A DNA stretch of 64,000 nt. It comes from Candidatus Bathyarchaeum tardum. GTDB taxonomy: Archaea > Thermoproteota > Bathyarchaeia > Bathyarchaeales > Bathyarchaeaceae. Where the stretch lies: assembly GCA_024650005.2 (NCBI GenBank), contig CP122380.1, positions 1,856,001 to 1,920,000 of the forward strand, in the 5' to 3' direction. Made by a program: the position numbers and the translations under genes. Below, piece by piece: positions 9,935-19,450 of the stretch. Under the pieces are notes generated by a model. That model saw only the letters and a list, made by a program, of their open reading frames with translations. It ran no database searches and was not told where the DNA came from. Position 1 is the stretch's first letter. Each line of letters opens with the position of its first letter.

Positions 9935-10567
9935 ATGCAAGAAAACATTGAAAAATTAGCATTAAAAGGAACAACAACGGTCGGCGTAGTTTGCACCGAC
10001 GGCGTAATTCTATCATCAGACACTCGAGTAACCATGGGATATTTTGTAGCCCACAAACAAGGTAAAAAAATCTACCAAATCGATGACCATATTGGAATGA
10101 CTATATCTGGCGGAGTTGCAGATGCACAATACGTAGTTGAAGTGCTCAAAGTAAACGCCAAACTATACAAACTCAACAATAGCAGACCAATGCCAATAAA
10201 ATCAGCAGCTCGCTTAGTTTCAAATGTCCTGTTCTCTGCACGAGGAGGTCTAATGGCACAAATTCTAGTCGGAGGATATGATAATACAGGACCCCACGTT
10301 TTCTCGTTAGATCCTCTTGGCAGCCTCTTAGAAGAGAAATGTGTTGCCACTGGATCAGGTTCTCCCATTGCATATGGAGTTCTAGAAGATAAATTCAAAG
10401 AAGGACTACCAATTACGGAAGTATTACCAGTAGTTGTCCGTGCTGTTGATTCAGCCATGAAAAGAGACATAGCAAGTGGAAACAACTACGACATAGCCGT
10501 TATAACAAAAGATGGATACCGCTCACTCAGCAATGAGGAAAAAAAGGCGATTTTAGAAGGCTCCTAA
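9935..10567 (+). CDS. psmB: Proteasome beta subunit
   Basis: Propeptide then G-TTTVG; GSGS; RD..SG. Confidence 0.95.
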   Translation: MQENIEKLALKGTTTVGVVCTDGVILSSDTRVTMGYFVAHKQGKKIYQIDDHIGMTISGGVADAQYVVEVLKVNAKLYKLNNSRPMPIKSAARLVSNVLFSARGGLMAQILVGGYDNTGPHVFSLDPLGSLLEEKCVATGSGSPIAYGVLEDKFKEGLPITEVLPVVVRAVDSAMKRDIASGNNYDIAVITKDGYRSLSNEEKKAILEGS

Positions 10568-10583
10568 GGAGCGTAAAAACAGT

Positions 10584-12500
10584 TTGACATCAAACGGAAA
10601 AGACCAAGTCGATATAAGTCAGCACATTTTGGAAAAAATACCTCCAGAAGCTGAAGTAACACGCATCGAGTATGAAGGACCTGCTCTGGCGGTTTACACC
10701 AAAAAACCTGAAGTTTTAGTTGAACAAAGTTTTGTTATTGCAGAAATTGTCAAGCTGATCCGAAAAAGAATTGTTGTCCGTTCTGATCCATCGATCCGAG
10801 CGAAAGAACGAGACACAGAACGTCTGATAAAAGAGATTGTTTCTGAAGAAGCTGAAATTACTAACATAAATTTTGATCCAAGCCTTGGAGAGGTAATCAT
10901 AGAGGCTAAAAAGCCTGGAGTAGTTATTGGAAAAAATGGGACTGTTCTTCAGGACATTATTAAACAGACTCGCTGGAGACCTCGAATTTTACGAAGTCCA
11001 CCTATACCATCAAAGATTATTGCTCACATGAGACACTTTTTGTACTCAGAAAGTAAAGAAAGAGAACGTATTCTAAGATCAATCGGTGAACGAATTTTTA
11101 GACCATCACTGCACGATGTCGGAGACGTTCGACTTACTGCACTTGGAGGCTTCCGACAAGTAGGAAGATCAGCCATTCTTGTTCAAACAAGAGAAAGCAG
11201 TGTTTTGCTGGATTGTGGAATCAACCCAGGAGCTACAGATCCGACAGTAGCATTTCCAAGATTAGACACTCCACAGTTTGATTTAGACGATCTAGATGCT
11301 GTAGTAATCAGTCATGCTCACTTAGACCACTGTGGGTTTTTACCATTTTTGTTCAAATACGGATATGATGGTCCAGTATACTGTTCTGCCCCTACGTCTA
11401 GTCTTATGACTTTGCTGCAACTTGACTATCTCGATGTTGCAAATAAACAAGGGGTAATGCCACCTTACGGGCAAAAAGATGTCCGAGACACTGTTATGCA
11501 TACCATTCCATTAAGGTATGGCTCTGTAACTGATATCGCCCCAGACATGCGTTTAACTTTGCATAATTCTGGACACATTCTGGGTTCATCGTTGGTTCAT
11601 CTTCACATAGGAGAGGGACTGCACAATCTGGTATACACGGGAGACTACAAGTTTGGTAAGTCCATGTTACTTGAACCTGCAGTTGCAATGTTCCCACGAG
11701 TAGAGACAATAATCACAGAAAGCACATACGGTGCTCCAGAAGACATTATGCCTACAAGAGCAGAGTCCGAAGAAAGAATTACCTCAATAATTAACCAGAC
11801 CCTAGATAGGCAAGGAAAAGTTTTGATTCCTGTTCCCGCCGTTGGAAGAGCCCAAGAAATCATGTTAATCATAGACGATTATATGCGACGAGGAATATTG
11901 AAAGAAGCCCCTGTATTTGTAGAGGGAATGATTTCAGAAGCAACAGCAATACACACTGCATATCCAGAATATCTCGCCAAAAACGTTAGAAATAGTATTT
12001 TGTATGAAGGAATTAACCCATTCCAGTCAGACTATTTCACAATTGTTGAACACCCCAGCGCAAGAGAAGAAATTGTAGACGGAGAACAATGTATAATTTT
12101 AGCTACATCAGGCATGCTTGAAGGTGGACCAGTAATCGATTACTTTAAACGGTTAGCCGGTGACAAACGAAACACCATAATTTTTGTCAGTTACCAAATT
12201 GACGGAACCATGGGATCAAGACTCCAAAAAGGTATGACAGAAGCTCCAATAATCAACAGCAACGGCAAAATGGAAGTAACGAACGTTGAAATGCAAGTTG
12301 AATCCGTAAGAGGATTTTCTGGTCACTCAGACCGAAGACAACTTATGAATTACCTTCATCGGATGAAACCAAAACCTGAAAGAATAATCGTGCTTCACGG
12401 TGAAAAATCTAAAAGTTTGAGTATGGCACATTTGTTCAACCGCAAATACAACATAGAGGCTTTGGTTCCAGAAGTTTTGGAAACAATTAAGCTGCGGTAG
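10584..12500 (+). CDS. fttA: KH-domain beta-CASP ribonuclease aCPSF1 / transcription termination factor FttA
   Basis: Two N-terminal KH domains, HAHLDH, GHILGS, AVGRAQE, FSGHSD; known synteny with psmB. Confidence 0.95.
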   Translation: MTSNGKDQVDISQHILEKIPPEAEVTRIEYEGPALAVYTKKPEVLVEQSFVIAEIVKLIRKRIVVRSDPSIRAKERDTERLIKEIVSEEAEITNINFDPSLGEVIIEAKKPGVVIGKNGTVLQDIIKQTRWRPRILRSPPIPSKIIAHMRHFLYSESKERERILRSIGERIFRPSLHDVGDVRLTALGGFRQVGRSAILVQTRESSVLLDCGINPGATDPTVAFPRLDTPQFDLDDLDAVVISHAHLDHCGFLPFLFKYGYDGPVYCSAPTSSLMTLLQLDYLDVANKQGVMPPYGQKDVRDTVMHTIPLRYGSVTDIAPDMRLTLHNSGHILGSSLVHLHIGEGLHNLVYTGDYKFGKSMLLEPAVAMFPRVETIITESTYGAPEDIMPTRAESEERITSIINQTLDRQGKVLIPVPAVGRAQEIMLIIDDYMRRGILKEAPVFVEGMISEATAIHTAYPEYLAKNVRNSILYEGINPFQSDYFTIVEHPSAREEIVDGEQCIILATSGMLEGGPVIDYFKRLAGDKRNTIIFVSYQIDGTMGSRLQKGMTEAPIINSNGKMEVTNVEMQVESVRGFSGHSDRRQLMNYLHRMKPKPERIIVLHGEKSKSLSMAHLFNRKYNIEALVPEVLETIKLR

Positions 12501-12807
12501 GCGCTTTTTCAGAGACAACAGTCTCTGGGCGCCATATTCTTACTTCTTTTGGAACAATAACAACCCGTTCTTCCCCAAGGCTGGCAATGTCACCTTCAAT
12601 GGATTTGATAAAAACAGAAAGCTCATTTACTGCAACTTTTACGTCGTCAATGCTTTTTCTTGCTAGAGGCGTGATTTTTAAAATTATGATGTTTCCCATT
12701 TTGAGTTCATGTTTGATAACTTCCACATCGGAGAGGTCTCGCAGGGGCATTGCTTTAAGGTAAGATTTTTTTTGATTTTTACCAATCTCTCGTTCTGTTG
12801 TGGACAA
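12487..12807 (-). CDS. sepF: Cell division protein SepF (archaeal)
   Basis: GNIIILKITPL...GDIA.LGE..VVIVP..V.I pattern; GGAGTG SD before TTG. Confidence 0.8.
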   Translation of the reverse strand: MSTTEREIGKNQKKSYLKAMPLRDLSDVEVIKHELKMGNIIILKITPLARKSIDDVKVAVNELSVFIKSIEGDIASLGEERVVIVPKEVRIWRPETVVSEKAPTAA

Positions 12808-12976
12808 ACGACGTCACTCCAGTTATTTAGTTATAGTAGTTTCATTTTAAACATTTCCGCTTCACGCAGGGTATAATCTTCAAAAATCCATGGTTCTAAT
12901 TAACATTCTATGATTCTTAGAAAGCAGATATGATGATTAAACCCATTTTTGGAAAAAATCAAGAAAAAACGTGGTT

Positions 12977-13507
12977 TCAGGAACCTTTCAAACCGTTCCA
13001 TAATTTGTCTCCGACATAGTGAAGAGTTTTAATAGTTTTACCCCGATCGATCTTTTTCATTTCTTCAGAGCTAAAGAGGGCTAAACCAACTGCCAAGGGT
13101 TTCCTGTGGCGTTCATCAACGACTAAAACAAGACCGTTTTCATTGAATTCACCGTGGATTTCTTGAATACCAGGAGCCATTACATCTGCTCCTTTACAAA
13201 CATAAGGAACAGCCCCCATATCTACGACTACTTTTGGAAATAATGAAAAAATTTCATCAAAAAACAGAGTGAAAAAAAGTATATTATCTGATTTTGCTAA
13301 CAGGGGTTTCCCGTTAAAAAGAAACAGTGTGGAAGCTTCAATTTGACATGATTCAATATGAATTTTGTTTTCAAAAAACTGATTAATACTAATCCCAATT
13401 TTTTCAGAAAATTCTTGAGTAATTTTTTTTGCATCTTTTGATCTCATAGCACAGCGATGAAATTTCTTTTGCACATAACTCACCAATTGTAATAAATTAT
13501 CATACAA
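12977..13507 (-). CDS. PUA-domain RNA-binding protein (Tma20/MCT-1-like)
   Basis: VDMGAVPYVCKGADVMAPGI and LHYVGDKLW. Confidence 0.88.
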   Translation of the reverse strand: MYDNLLQLVSYVQKKFHRCAMRSKDAKKITQEFSEKIGISINQFFENKIHIESCQIEASTLFLFNGKPLLAKSDNILFFTLFFDEIFSLFPKVVVDMGAVPYVCKGADVMAPGIQEIHGEFNENGLVLVVDERHRKPLAVGLALFSSEEMKKIDRGKTIKTLHYVGDKLWNGLKGS

Positions 13508-13585
13508 ACAGGAGCATAACTCTTGTGTCCTTAGTTTTTGTCGTTAAGACTACAAGTTTAAAAACTCAACAATTCAAAAAGGTTT

Positions 13586-13978
13586 TCAATCTTTGCTTTT
13601 TGTTGACAGACAAACATTACAACTTTTTGGAGTGTTAGTTATTTCTTTGTGCCAATCATTTACCAAGTCTTCTGACCGTAGTGCTTCACATAATTTGCAA
13701 AAATGTAACATCGCATCAATCGGAGAAATTTTATCTTCTGCTATTCCTTGGGCAATTTCGTCGACTATCATTTGAACATTTGGTGAGTCTTCAAGTTGTT
13801 TTACCAGCTTTTTTCCTCGTTTTGAGTACAGATAGTTACTCACAGAAGCTTGGGTTGTTCCAAGTTTTTTTGCTGCATTCACCTGAGAAAACTTGAAGTC
13901 TTCTATCAGGCGCCTAGCTACGAGTGAACGAAAAGCAGGTAAAACCGAACGCACAACAACTTCACAAGGGGGTCGCAA
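13586..13978 (-). CDS. HTH transcriptional regulator (COG2522-like), paralog of 4926-5363
   Basis: PCE....LPAFRS..A..L, SQVNAAKKLGTTQASVSNY, CxxC motifs. Confidence 0.8.
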   Translation of the reverse strand: MRPPCEVVVRSVLPAFRSLVARRLIEDFKFSQVNAAKKLGTTQASVSNYLYSKRGKKLVKQLEDSPNVQMIVDEIAQGIAEDKISPIDAMLHFCKLCEALRSEDLVNDWHKEITNTPKSCNVCLSTKSKD

Positions 13979-14032
13979 TTGAATTCACAAATCTATAACG
14001 GTGTTATTACATATAAAGGAACCGTGAAAACA

Positions 14033-14602
14033 TCAAATTACAGTACGCCCTCGGAAACGCTGTTGAAACGGTTGAACACGGGTTTTTGAAGTTGAATAAT
14101 ATTGGTTTTGGCGCAAACCTAATGCAACATCAATGAATTCTGGCAAAATTTTGAATTTAAAATCAGTAGTTGGTGCTCCCTTATTTATTCCGGTGCATTC
14201 AGGGTCCACATACACATAGAGGTTACGTCCACGATACAAAAACAATGCTTCACCTGCCTGACCAAACTTCGGTTCATCAAAAACTTTGAAAGGCCAAATC
14301 TTGCAAGCAAGGGGTTTTGCGTGTTGTAACCCACAAGAAGGAGTGTTTTTGAACTGATTAAGAAAACAACACGTACCGTTGCTCCTTTTTCCCAAAAGTA
14401 ACTTACTTGGAGTAGGTATTGTTGTCCCTGCACCGTAGTGTTTTACAATAGAAATCCATTCGTTAAAATTTAGAACAACATGATAATCTTTACAGCACAT
14501 GCCACACCCGACACAGCTCCAAGACTTTACAGTTCGCCAAGTTACAGGATTCATTTTCCGAAAATACACACTCATTGATTGAATAACTGGGCAAATAATC
14601 AA
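14033..14602 (-). CDS. YkgJ-family cysteine-cluster (putative Zn/Fe-S) protein
   Basis: CVGCGMCC, C.FL, C......KPLAC.IWPF. Confidence 0.8.
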   Translation of the reverse strand: MIICPVIQSMSVYFRKMNPVTWRTVKSWSCVGCGMCCKDYHVVLNFNEWISIVKHYGAGTTIPTPSKLLLGKRSNGTCCFLNQFKNTPSCGLQHAKPLACKIWPFKVFDEPKFGQAGEALFLYRGRNLYVYVDPECTGINKGAPTTDFKFKILPEFIDVALGLRQNQYYSTSKTRVQPFQQRFRGRTVI

Positions 14603-14667
14603 TAAACCCTGAATTTAAACATCTTCTTTTGTAACCCAGCCAAAAAATACCCAAACAAATTGAAAAG

Positions 14668-15141
14668 TTACACATGATAAACATAAAGAGTGTGTGAAGG
14701 ATAACCAAGCTTAGGGTTTTCACAGAAATTTTCAATTTTTTTGGGTTTCCAGCCTAGAATCTCATAGTCGTGAGAAACTATCCGTGTTCCAGATTTGAGT
14801 TCTTGTTCTAGTTTTGGCTTGAGCCTTTCGTTGGCACTAGTTGTCAGATACAAGAAAACAACATCAGCATCAGACAAATCAACATCAAAGATGTCACTTT
14901 GAACGATTTTGGTTTTACCATCCAAACCAAGCTCATGAATGCTCATTAAGGCTTTTTTTGCTAAATCATCCCGCAATTCGATTCCAACTGAACTTGCACC
15001 GAAGTCTTTGGCAGCCATTATTACTGCACGACCATCTCCAGAACCTAGATCATATAAAACTTCGCCAGATTTTAGTTCAGATAAAAATAACATTTGACGC
15101 ACTACTGCAGCAGGCGAGGCAACAAAAGGTGCAAGAAACAA
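14668..15141 (-). CDS. Class I SAM-dependent methyltransferase (FAM173-like/protein-lysine MTase-like)
   Basis: APFVASP, YDLGSGDGR, VFLYL, RIVSHDY. Confidence 0.85.
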   Translation of the reverse strand: MFLAPFVASPAAVVRQMLFLSELKSGEVLYDLGSGDGRAVIMAAKDFGASSVGIELRDDLAKKALMSIHELGLDGKTKIVQSDIFDVDLSDADVVFLYLTTSANERLKPKLEQELKSGTRIVSHDYEILGWKPKKIENFCENPKLGYPSHTLYVYHV

Positions 15142-15633
15142 GATTTACCCTCTCGATTCTGGTTATAAATAAGCAGTTACTTTTATTGTTTTCGTGATCT
15201 ACAGTTAAAGGATAAATCACGTTACAAAATGCAACTACCGACTAAATTAAATTGTAGAATTGAATAATTTGTTGTTCAAGGAGTTCACTTGTTGCTAAGA
15301 AATGCAAGTGAAGGATACAAAATCGTTTTCGAGGCAAAAAAGTTGATCAAAAAATGTAAAGAAGAATACAATTATGACATAGCAACAAGTAGAAAAGACC
15401 AAAGAAACGGAAAAACAACAGTTGGATCCGCACCAATTAGGTTCATTTACAAGCATTTACGCCCAACAAGTAAAAGTCAGTAAAAAAGCATAAATGAAAC
15501 ATAGCAACTGTTTCAGATTTAAAAAATTTTTATGTAACAAGTTATCACGTTCATCAGGAGTAAAGATGAAAGACAAATCTTTTATTCAACATGCACAGAA
15601 AAAGTATGTGTTATTTAATGGAGGAATTGATGA

Positions 15634-15804
15634 ATGCCTAAATGTAAAAATTGTGGAGCTGAAGTCGCATCTCCTCGGAAAACATGGAAGATGGCTGGTC
15701 GCCCAGACAATGAAGGAAAAAAAACTGAACTAACTATCGGACTTTTCGACTGTACTAAATGCGGGAAATCCTTCAGGTTTGTCTTAAACAAACAAAAAAT
15801 CTGA
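15634..15804 (+). CDS. Cren7-like chromatin protein with zinc ribbon (56 aa; absent from the ORF track)
   Basis: MPKCKNCGAEVASPRKTWKMAGRPDNEGKKTELTIGLFDCTKCGKSFRFVLNKQKI; P.K.W...IGLF....GK.FR matches the Cren7 signature; GGAGG SD upstream. Confidence 0.75.
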   Translation: MPKCKNCGAEVASPRKTWKMAGRPDNEGKKTELTIGLFDCTKCGKSFRFVLNKQKI

Positions 15805-15977
15805 TAAGGAATCTCGCCAAAGCCGAGACAACAATTAGCGCGCAACATATCAGTAAATTAAGGTTGAAAAAAGGGAAAAATGGCTAACCCGGTAGTCCAT
15901 ATTATCCTCTTTTTTTGTTGTTTTATGCGTTATCTTTTTATGGTCTGCCACAAAGAGAAAGTTAAAAAATTCTGAAT

Positions 15978-16586
15978 TTGCTGGAGCCAAAACGCACAAT
16001 GCAGTTACCGGAGATATTGAAACGCGATTACGTGCAAACGATCCTAATGATAGGGATTGTTATAGGTGCAGTCTTAATTTTCTGGTTTGGAATTGGTTTT
16101 GCCTTCAAAACGGATCATCCAATTTTGGCTGTTGCTTCAGGAAGCATGGAACCAGTATTGTACAAAGGCGACCTAATACTAATTGAGGGAATAGAAGATA
16201 TTTCAGAAATTCAAGTTGGTACAAAAGATTCTGAAACCCCTGGAGACATAATCGTTTTTGATGAACCAGGCAGTTCAACCGAGTTAATTATTCACAGGGC
16301 AGTAACTAAGATAGACAACGGGGATGGAACATATAGTTTCAAAACGTGGGGAGATAATAACTCATTTCAAGATTGGTGGGAAGTTGACGAAAGCGCAATT
16401 GTTGGTAGATACATAGGATTCAAGATTCCGTGGGTTGGGGAGTTTGTTCTTTTTATTCAACCTTTTGAGGTAAAATTGGCATTTTTTGTGTTGTTAGCTG
16501 GAATTTTGTTGCTTGTTGAGTTGGGACCAACAATTAAGAGGAAAATTACCAGTCAAGAAGACTCTCAAGAAAGCCTTTATAAATAA
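15978..16586 (+). CDS. Signal peptidase I (Sec11 type)
   Basis: SGSMEP, GD, IIHR and GDNN motifs; N- and C-terminal TM segments. Confidence 0.9.
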   Translation: MLEPKRTMQLPEILKRDYVQTILMIGIVIGAVLIFWFGIGFAFKTDHPILAVASGSMEPVLYKGDLILIEGIEDISEIQVGTKDSETPGDIIVFDEPGSSTELIIHRAVTKIDNGDGTYSFKTWGDNNSFQDWWEVDESAIVGRYIGFKIPWVGEFVLFIQPFEVKLAFFVLLAGILLLVELGPTIKRKITSQEDSQESLYK

Positions 16587-16627
16587 CTGGAACAACTTCT
16601 TGATGTTTTATAAGGGAGGGAAAAAAG

Positions 16628-17188
16628 GTACCCGAAGTTATTGCATCGATTACAATAGAGAATGTTGTTGCATCTGCATCATTGAATCAGAAGCTTGACT
16701 TGAACGCAATAGTAAAAGGGTACCCCGGAGTCGAGTACCGACCAGAACAATTTCCTGGACTGGTTTTTCGATTAAAAAGACCAAAAACTGCAACTTTAAT
16801 TTTTAATTCTGGAAAAATGGTCTGCACTGGCGCAAAATCAGAAAAAGAATCCAGACGAGCAGTCCTGAAAGTCGTAAGGGAACTAAAGAAAAGCGGCATA
16901 ATCATTGTTGGAAAACCCGAATTAAACATACAAAACATTGTAGCCTCAGGAAACTTGGCAGGATTAATAGACCTTGAACGCTCTGCATACACTCTGGGCA
17001 GAACAATGTATGAACCCGAACAGTTCCCAGGACTAATCTACAGAATGGATGACCCCAAAGTCGTAATTCTTCTTTTCGCAAGCGGAAAACTTGTATGCAC
17101 AGGAGCCAAAAAAGAAGAAAACGTATACGAAGCAGTAACTAAACTTCACGAAAACCTGGAACTTGAAGACCTAATCTACTACGAATAA
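16628..17188 (+). CDS. tbp: TATA-box binding protein
   Basis: Two repeats with YxPEQFPGL and SGK.VCTGAK. The conserved IENVVAS lies upstream of the track's start (16682), so the start is placed at GTA 16628. Confidence 0.95.
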   Translation, partial: VPEVIASITIENVVASASLNQKLDLNAIVKGYPGVEYRPEQFPGLVFRLKRPKTATLIFNSGKMVCTGAKSEKESRRAVLKVVRELKKSGIIIVGKPELNIQNIVASGNLAGLIDLERSAYTLGRTMYEPEQFPGLIYRMDDPKVVILLFASGKLVCTGAKKEENVYEAVTKLHENLELEDLIYYE

Positions 17189-17207
17189 TTTGTTTTGAAA
17201 CCGAAGT

Positions 17208-17552
17208 TTATTCACTAAACTTAGGGAACCTTACTTTCCCAACATATTTTAGAATCCAGTTAACTAGGCGATCGTAAGTTTCTACACCTAATTTTGTAAG
17301 AAAGACTTCACCATCCGAGTCAACTTCAACAAATCCTTTATTTGTCATCCATTTCAGATATTTCACAAACCGGTCATATGATAAACCAGTATGTGTAGCA
17401 AGAGTGGTTCTGTTTAGTTTTTTTTGTTCTTTCAGAACCTTGATTATTCTAGCTAACACGTAAAGGTCAGGCTTCGAAATCGGCTTCCCTGAATTCACTT
17501 TCAAACCACCGAAGCTCCCACAGAAGCCAATCGAGTCTACCCATCTGTTCAT
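17208..17552 (-). CDS. Winged-helix DNA-binding protein (start uncertain)
   Basis: PDLYVLARII, T.LA..TGLSYDRF.KYL.W, LT..G.E. Confidence 0.75.
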   Translation of the reverse strand: MNRWVDSIGFCGSFGGLKVNSGKPISKPDLYVLARIIKVLKEQKKLNRTTLATHTGLSYDRFVKYLKWMTNKGFVEVDSDGEVFLTKLGVETYDRLVNWILKYVGKVRFPKFSE

Positions 17553-18135
17553 AACGGGTACGAAGGTCGTTTTTGTTCATTATTAAAACAACAACTAAGG
17601 AAAAAATCATTAGGAGATTGTAGTCAAGGCTTAAATGGAGAGCAGATTCAACAAACCCATTAAATATGAACATAGAGAAAACTACTACCCCCCAAAAAGC
17701 CACCGTTTTAGCAACGCCATATAGAAAGAATCCAAGCTTTGCGTATCGTATGTCACTAAAGGTCTTAGTCCACTCAATATTTTGTAATAGTTTTAGTGCT
17801 CCAGGCGCCCCTTCGTTCAGCGTATTTCTCCAATAACCACCTTTAATTGATTTCATTTTTCGATTAACCCAAAGGGTTGCAATAATGATTCCAGCAGGAA
17901 ATATGAAAATAGTCAAAGTGGAGGCAATTACATTAAGTACCTCAACGCTACCGACAAAAACTGAAAACAAGTGCACGAAAGAATTAATAGATAAAGCGAT
18001 AATAATTGCCCCCATAAGTATCAAGACAAAATCTGCAATTGATGAAACAATTGTACGATATTTTTTTATTTGATCCAATGCAATCATGAATTCGGTCATT
18101 TTAGAAGAAAGGTTTGGCTCCATTATATTGCCCAC
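17467..18135 (-). CDS. Hypothetical membrane protein (about 4 TM segments)
   Basis: 222 aa; overlaps both neighbours as in an operon. Confidence 0.65.
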   Translation of the reverse strand: MGNIMEPNLSSKMTEFMIALDQIKKYRTIVSSIADFVLILMGAIIIALSINSFVHLFSVFVGSVEVLNVIASTLTIFIFPAGIIIATLWVNRKMKSIKGGYWRNTLNEGAPGALKLLQNIEWTKTFSDIRYAKLGFFLYGVAKTVAFWGVVVFSMFIFNGFVESALHLSLDYNLLMIFSLVVVLIMNKNDLRTRYEQMGRLDWLLWELRWFESEFREADFEA

Positions 18136-18644
18136 CCGTGTCCGTTGATGTGTATGTTTGCTTCTCCTTGGATTTTAAACCAGTAAATATCGACATAGTC
18201 AGAATACCTTGTTAATTTGTCATCGGTCAACCATAAAAGGAAGTCACTAGGAAGTGAAATTACATCAATATCAATTGGACTTTTGTGAGAAAGCCTCAAA
18301 GTTAAATAACCATCTGAATTGTCAGACAGGCCTAACATGGTTCCAGTTGAATAACTGCCAAACAAATCACCGCTTCGAGGAAGAAATACGTCCAGGGTGT
18401 AATCATCATTTATTTCTATTTGAGTGCCGTTTGGAAAAATTAAAAACACAGAAGGTTCAGCAAGTCCGTGTTTGAGAGAAATATGGATTGTAGTTCGCAA
18501 GGTAGCATAATTAAGTTTGGAGATAATAACAGCCGATGTGTCAGAAACGTATGAGTGTTCTGAAACGGAATGAAATGAAGAAATGAAAGCCACTTGAGCA
18601 ACTATTATTACAGTAAGAGTAAATATTATCCAGATTTTTTTCAT
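18123..18644 (-). CDS. Hypothetical secreted or membrane-anchored protein
   Basis: MKK plus hydrophobic signal-like N-terminus; first gene of a three-gene overlapping unit. Confidence 0.55.
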   Translation of the reverse strand: MKKIWIIFTLTVIIVAQVAFISSFHSVSEHSYVSDTSAVIISKLNYATLRTTIHISLKHGLAEPSVFLIFPNGTQIEINDDYTLDVFLPRSGDLFGSYSTGTMLGLSDNSDGYLTLRLSHKSPIDIDVISLPSDFLLWLTDDKLTRYSDYVDIYWFKIQGEANIHINGHGWAI

Positions 18645-18715
18645 ATGAAATAATATTAGGATTGAAAATATAAGAGAAACTCATCGAGAATGAGTCGTGT
18701 TGAATATAAAAAAGT

Positions 18716-19342
18716 TCAACGGTTTTGTTTTTCTTTGATCTGTTTTGAAACTGTTTTCAGTTGTTCTTCAGTTATTGCATCTCTTTTGTACATTTCTTGA
18801 GCAAGTTCATAAGTGGTTAACATATAATGGAGTTTAATTTCTACATCCGCAAGATTCTGAGTTCCATTTTCTTCACGATTTAATAAGACTACAGCGTCAG
18901 TAACTATGCCACCTTCTGCTCTAACTGAGTCTGCAGCATTTATTATTGATCCTCCTTTAGTTATGAGATCGTCAATTAGTAACACACGGTCTCCAGGGGA
19001 TAGAATTCCTTCAACTCTTCGTCCTCTTCCGTGTTTACGTTCTGCCGTGCGAACATACACAAACGGTTTTTTGAGACTGTATGCAGCCATTGCACCAAAT
19101 GATATCCCGGCAGTGGGTATTCCGGCTATTCGGTCAAAGTTGTCTGTTCCAACTTCAGTTTTTATTAGTTCAACATACAAGTCACATATGTGTTTAAAGG
19201 CTTCAGGAAAACTTGGAACAATTCGTAAATCTAGGTAATATGAACTGATTTCTCCACTGGTCAGAGTGAAAACCCCAAATTTTAATGCACCAACTTTGGT
19301 CAATATTTTTCCCAATTCGGTTTTCATTTGTTGTTTTTCCAA
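18716..19342 (-). CDS. pyrE: Orotate phosphoribosyltransferase
   Basis: F.LTSG..S.YY.DLR, R...KHG, LIDDLITKGGS PRPP loop. Confidence 0.93.
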   Translation of the reverse strand: MEKQQMKTELGKILTKVGALKFGVFTLTSGEISSYYLDLRIVPSFPEAFKHICDLYVELIKTEVGTDNFDRIAGIPTAGISFGAMAAYSLKKPFVYVRTAERKHGRGRRVEGILSPGDRVLLIDDLITKGGSIINAADSVRAEGGIVTDAVVLLNREENGTQNLADVEIKLHYMLTTYELAQEMYKRDAITEEQLKTVSKQIKEKQNR

Positions 19343-19450
19343 GGTTCCTCATCCTCTATTGAATTTATGTGCAGACAGTTTTAAAGACGTATCGTCGTTT
19401 AGCCGTTACTTTTAAATGAAGCACAAAGAAAACCTTCTAATTAGTCAGAA

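Noticed and set aside
12487-12500. 3' overlap of fttA and sepF as antisense regulation
   Set aside because: Short convergent overlaps are common in compact archaeal genomes; a similar one occurs at 33608-33611
15289-15848. ORF-track ORFs 15289-15483, 15494-15733 and 15615-15848
   Set aside because: No recognisable motifs; the last two overlap the better-supported Cren7-like ORF
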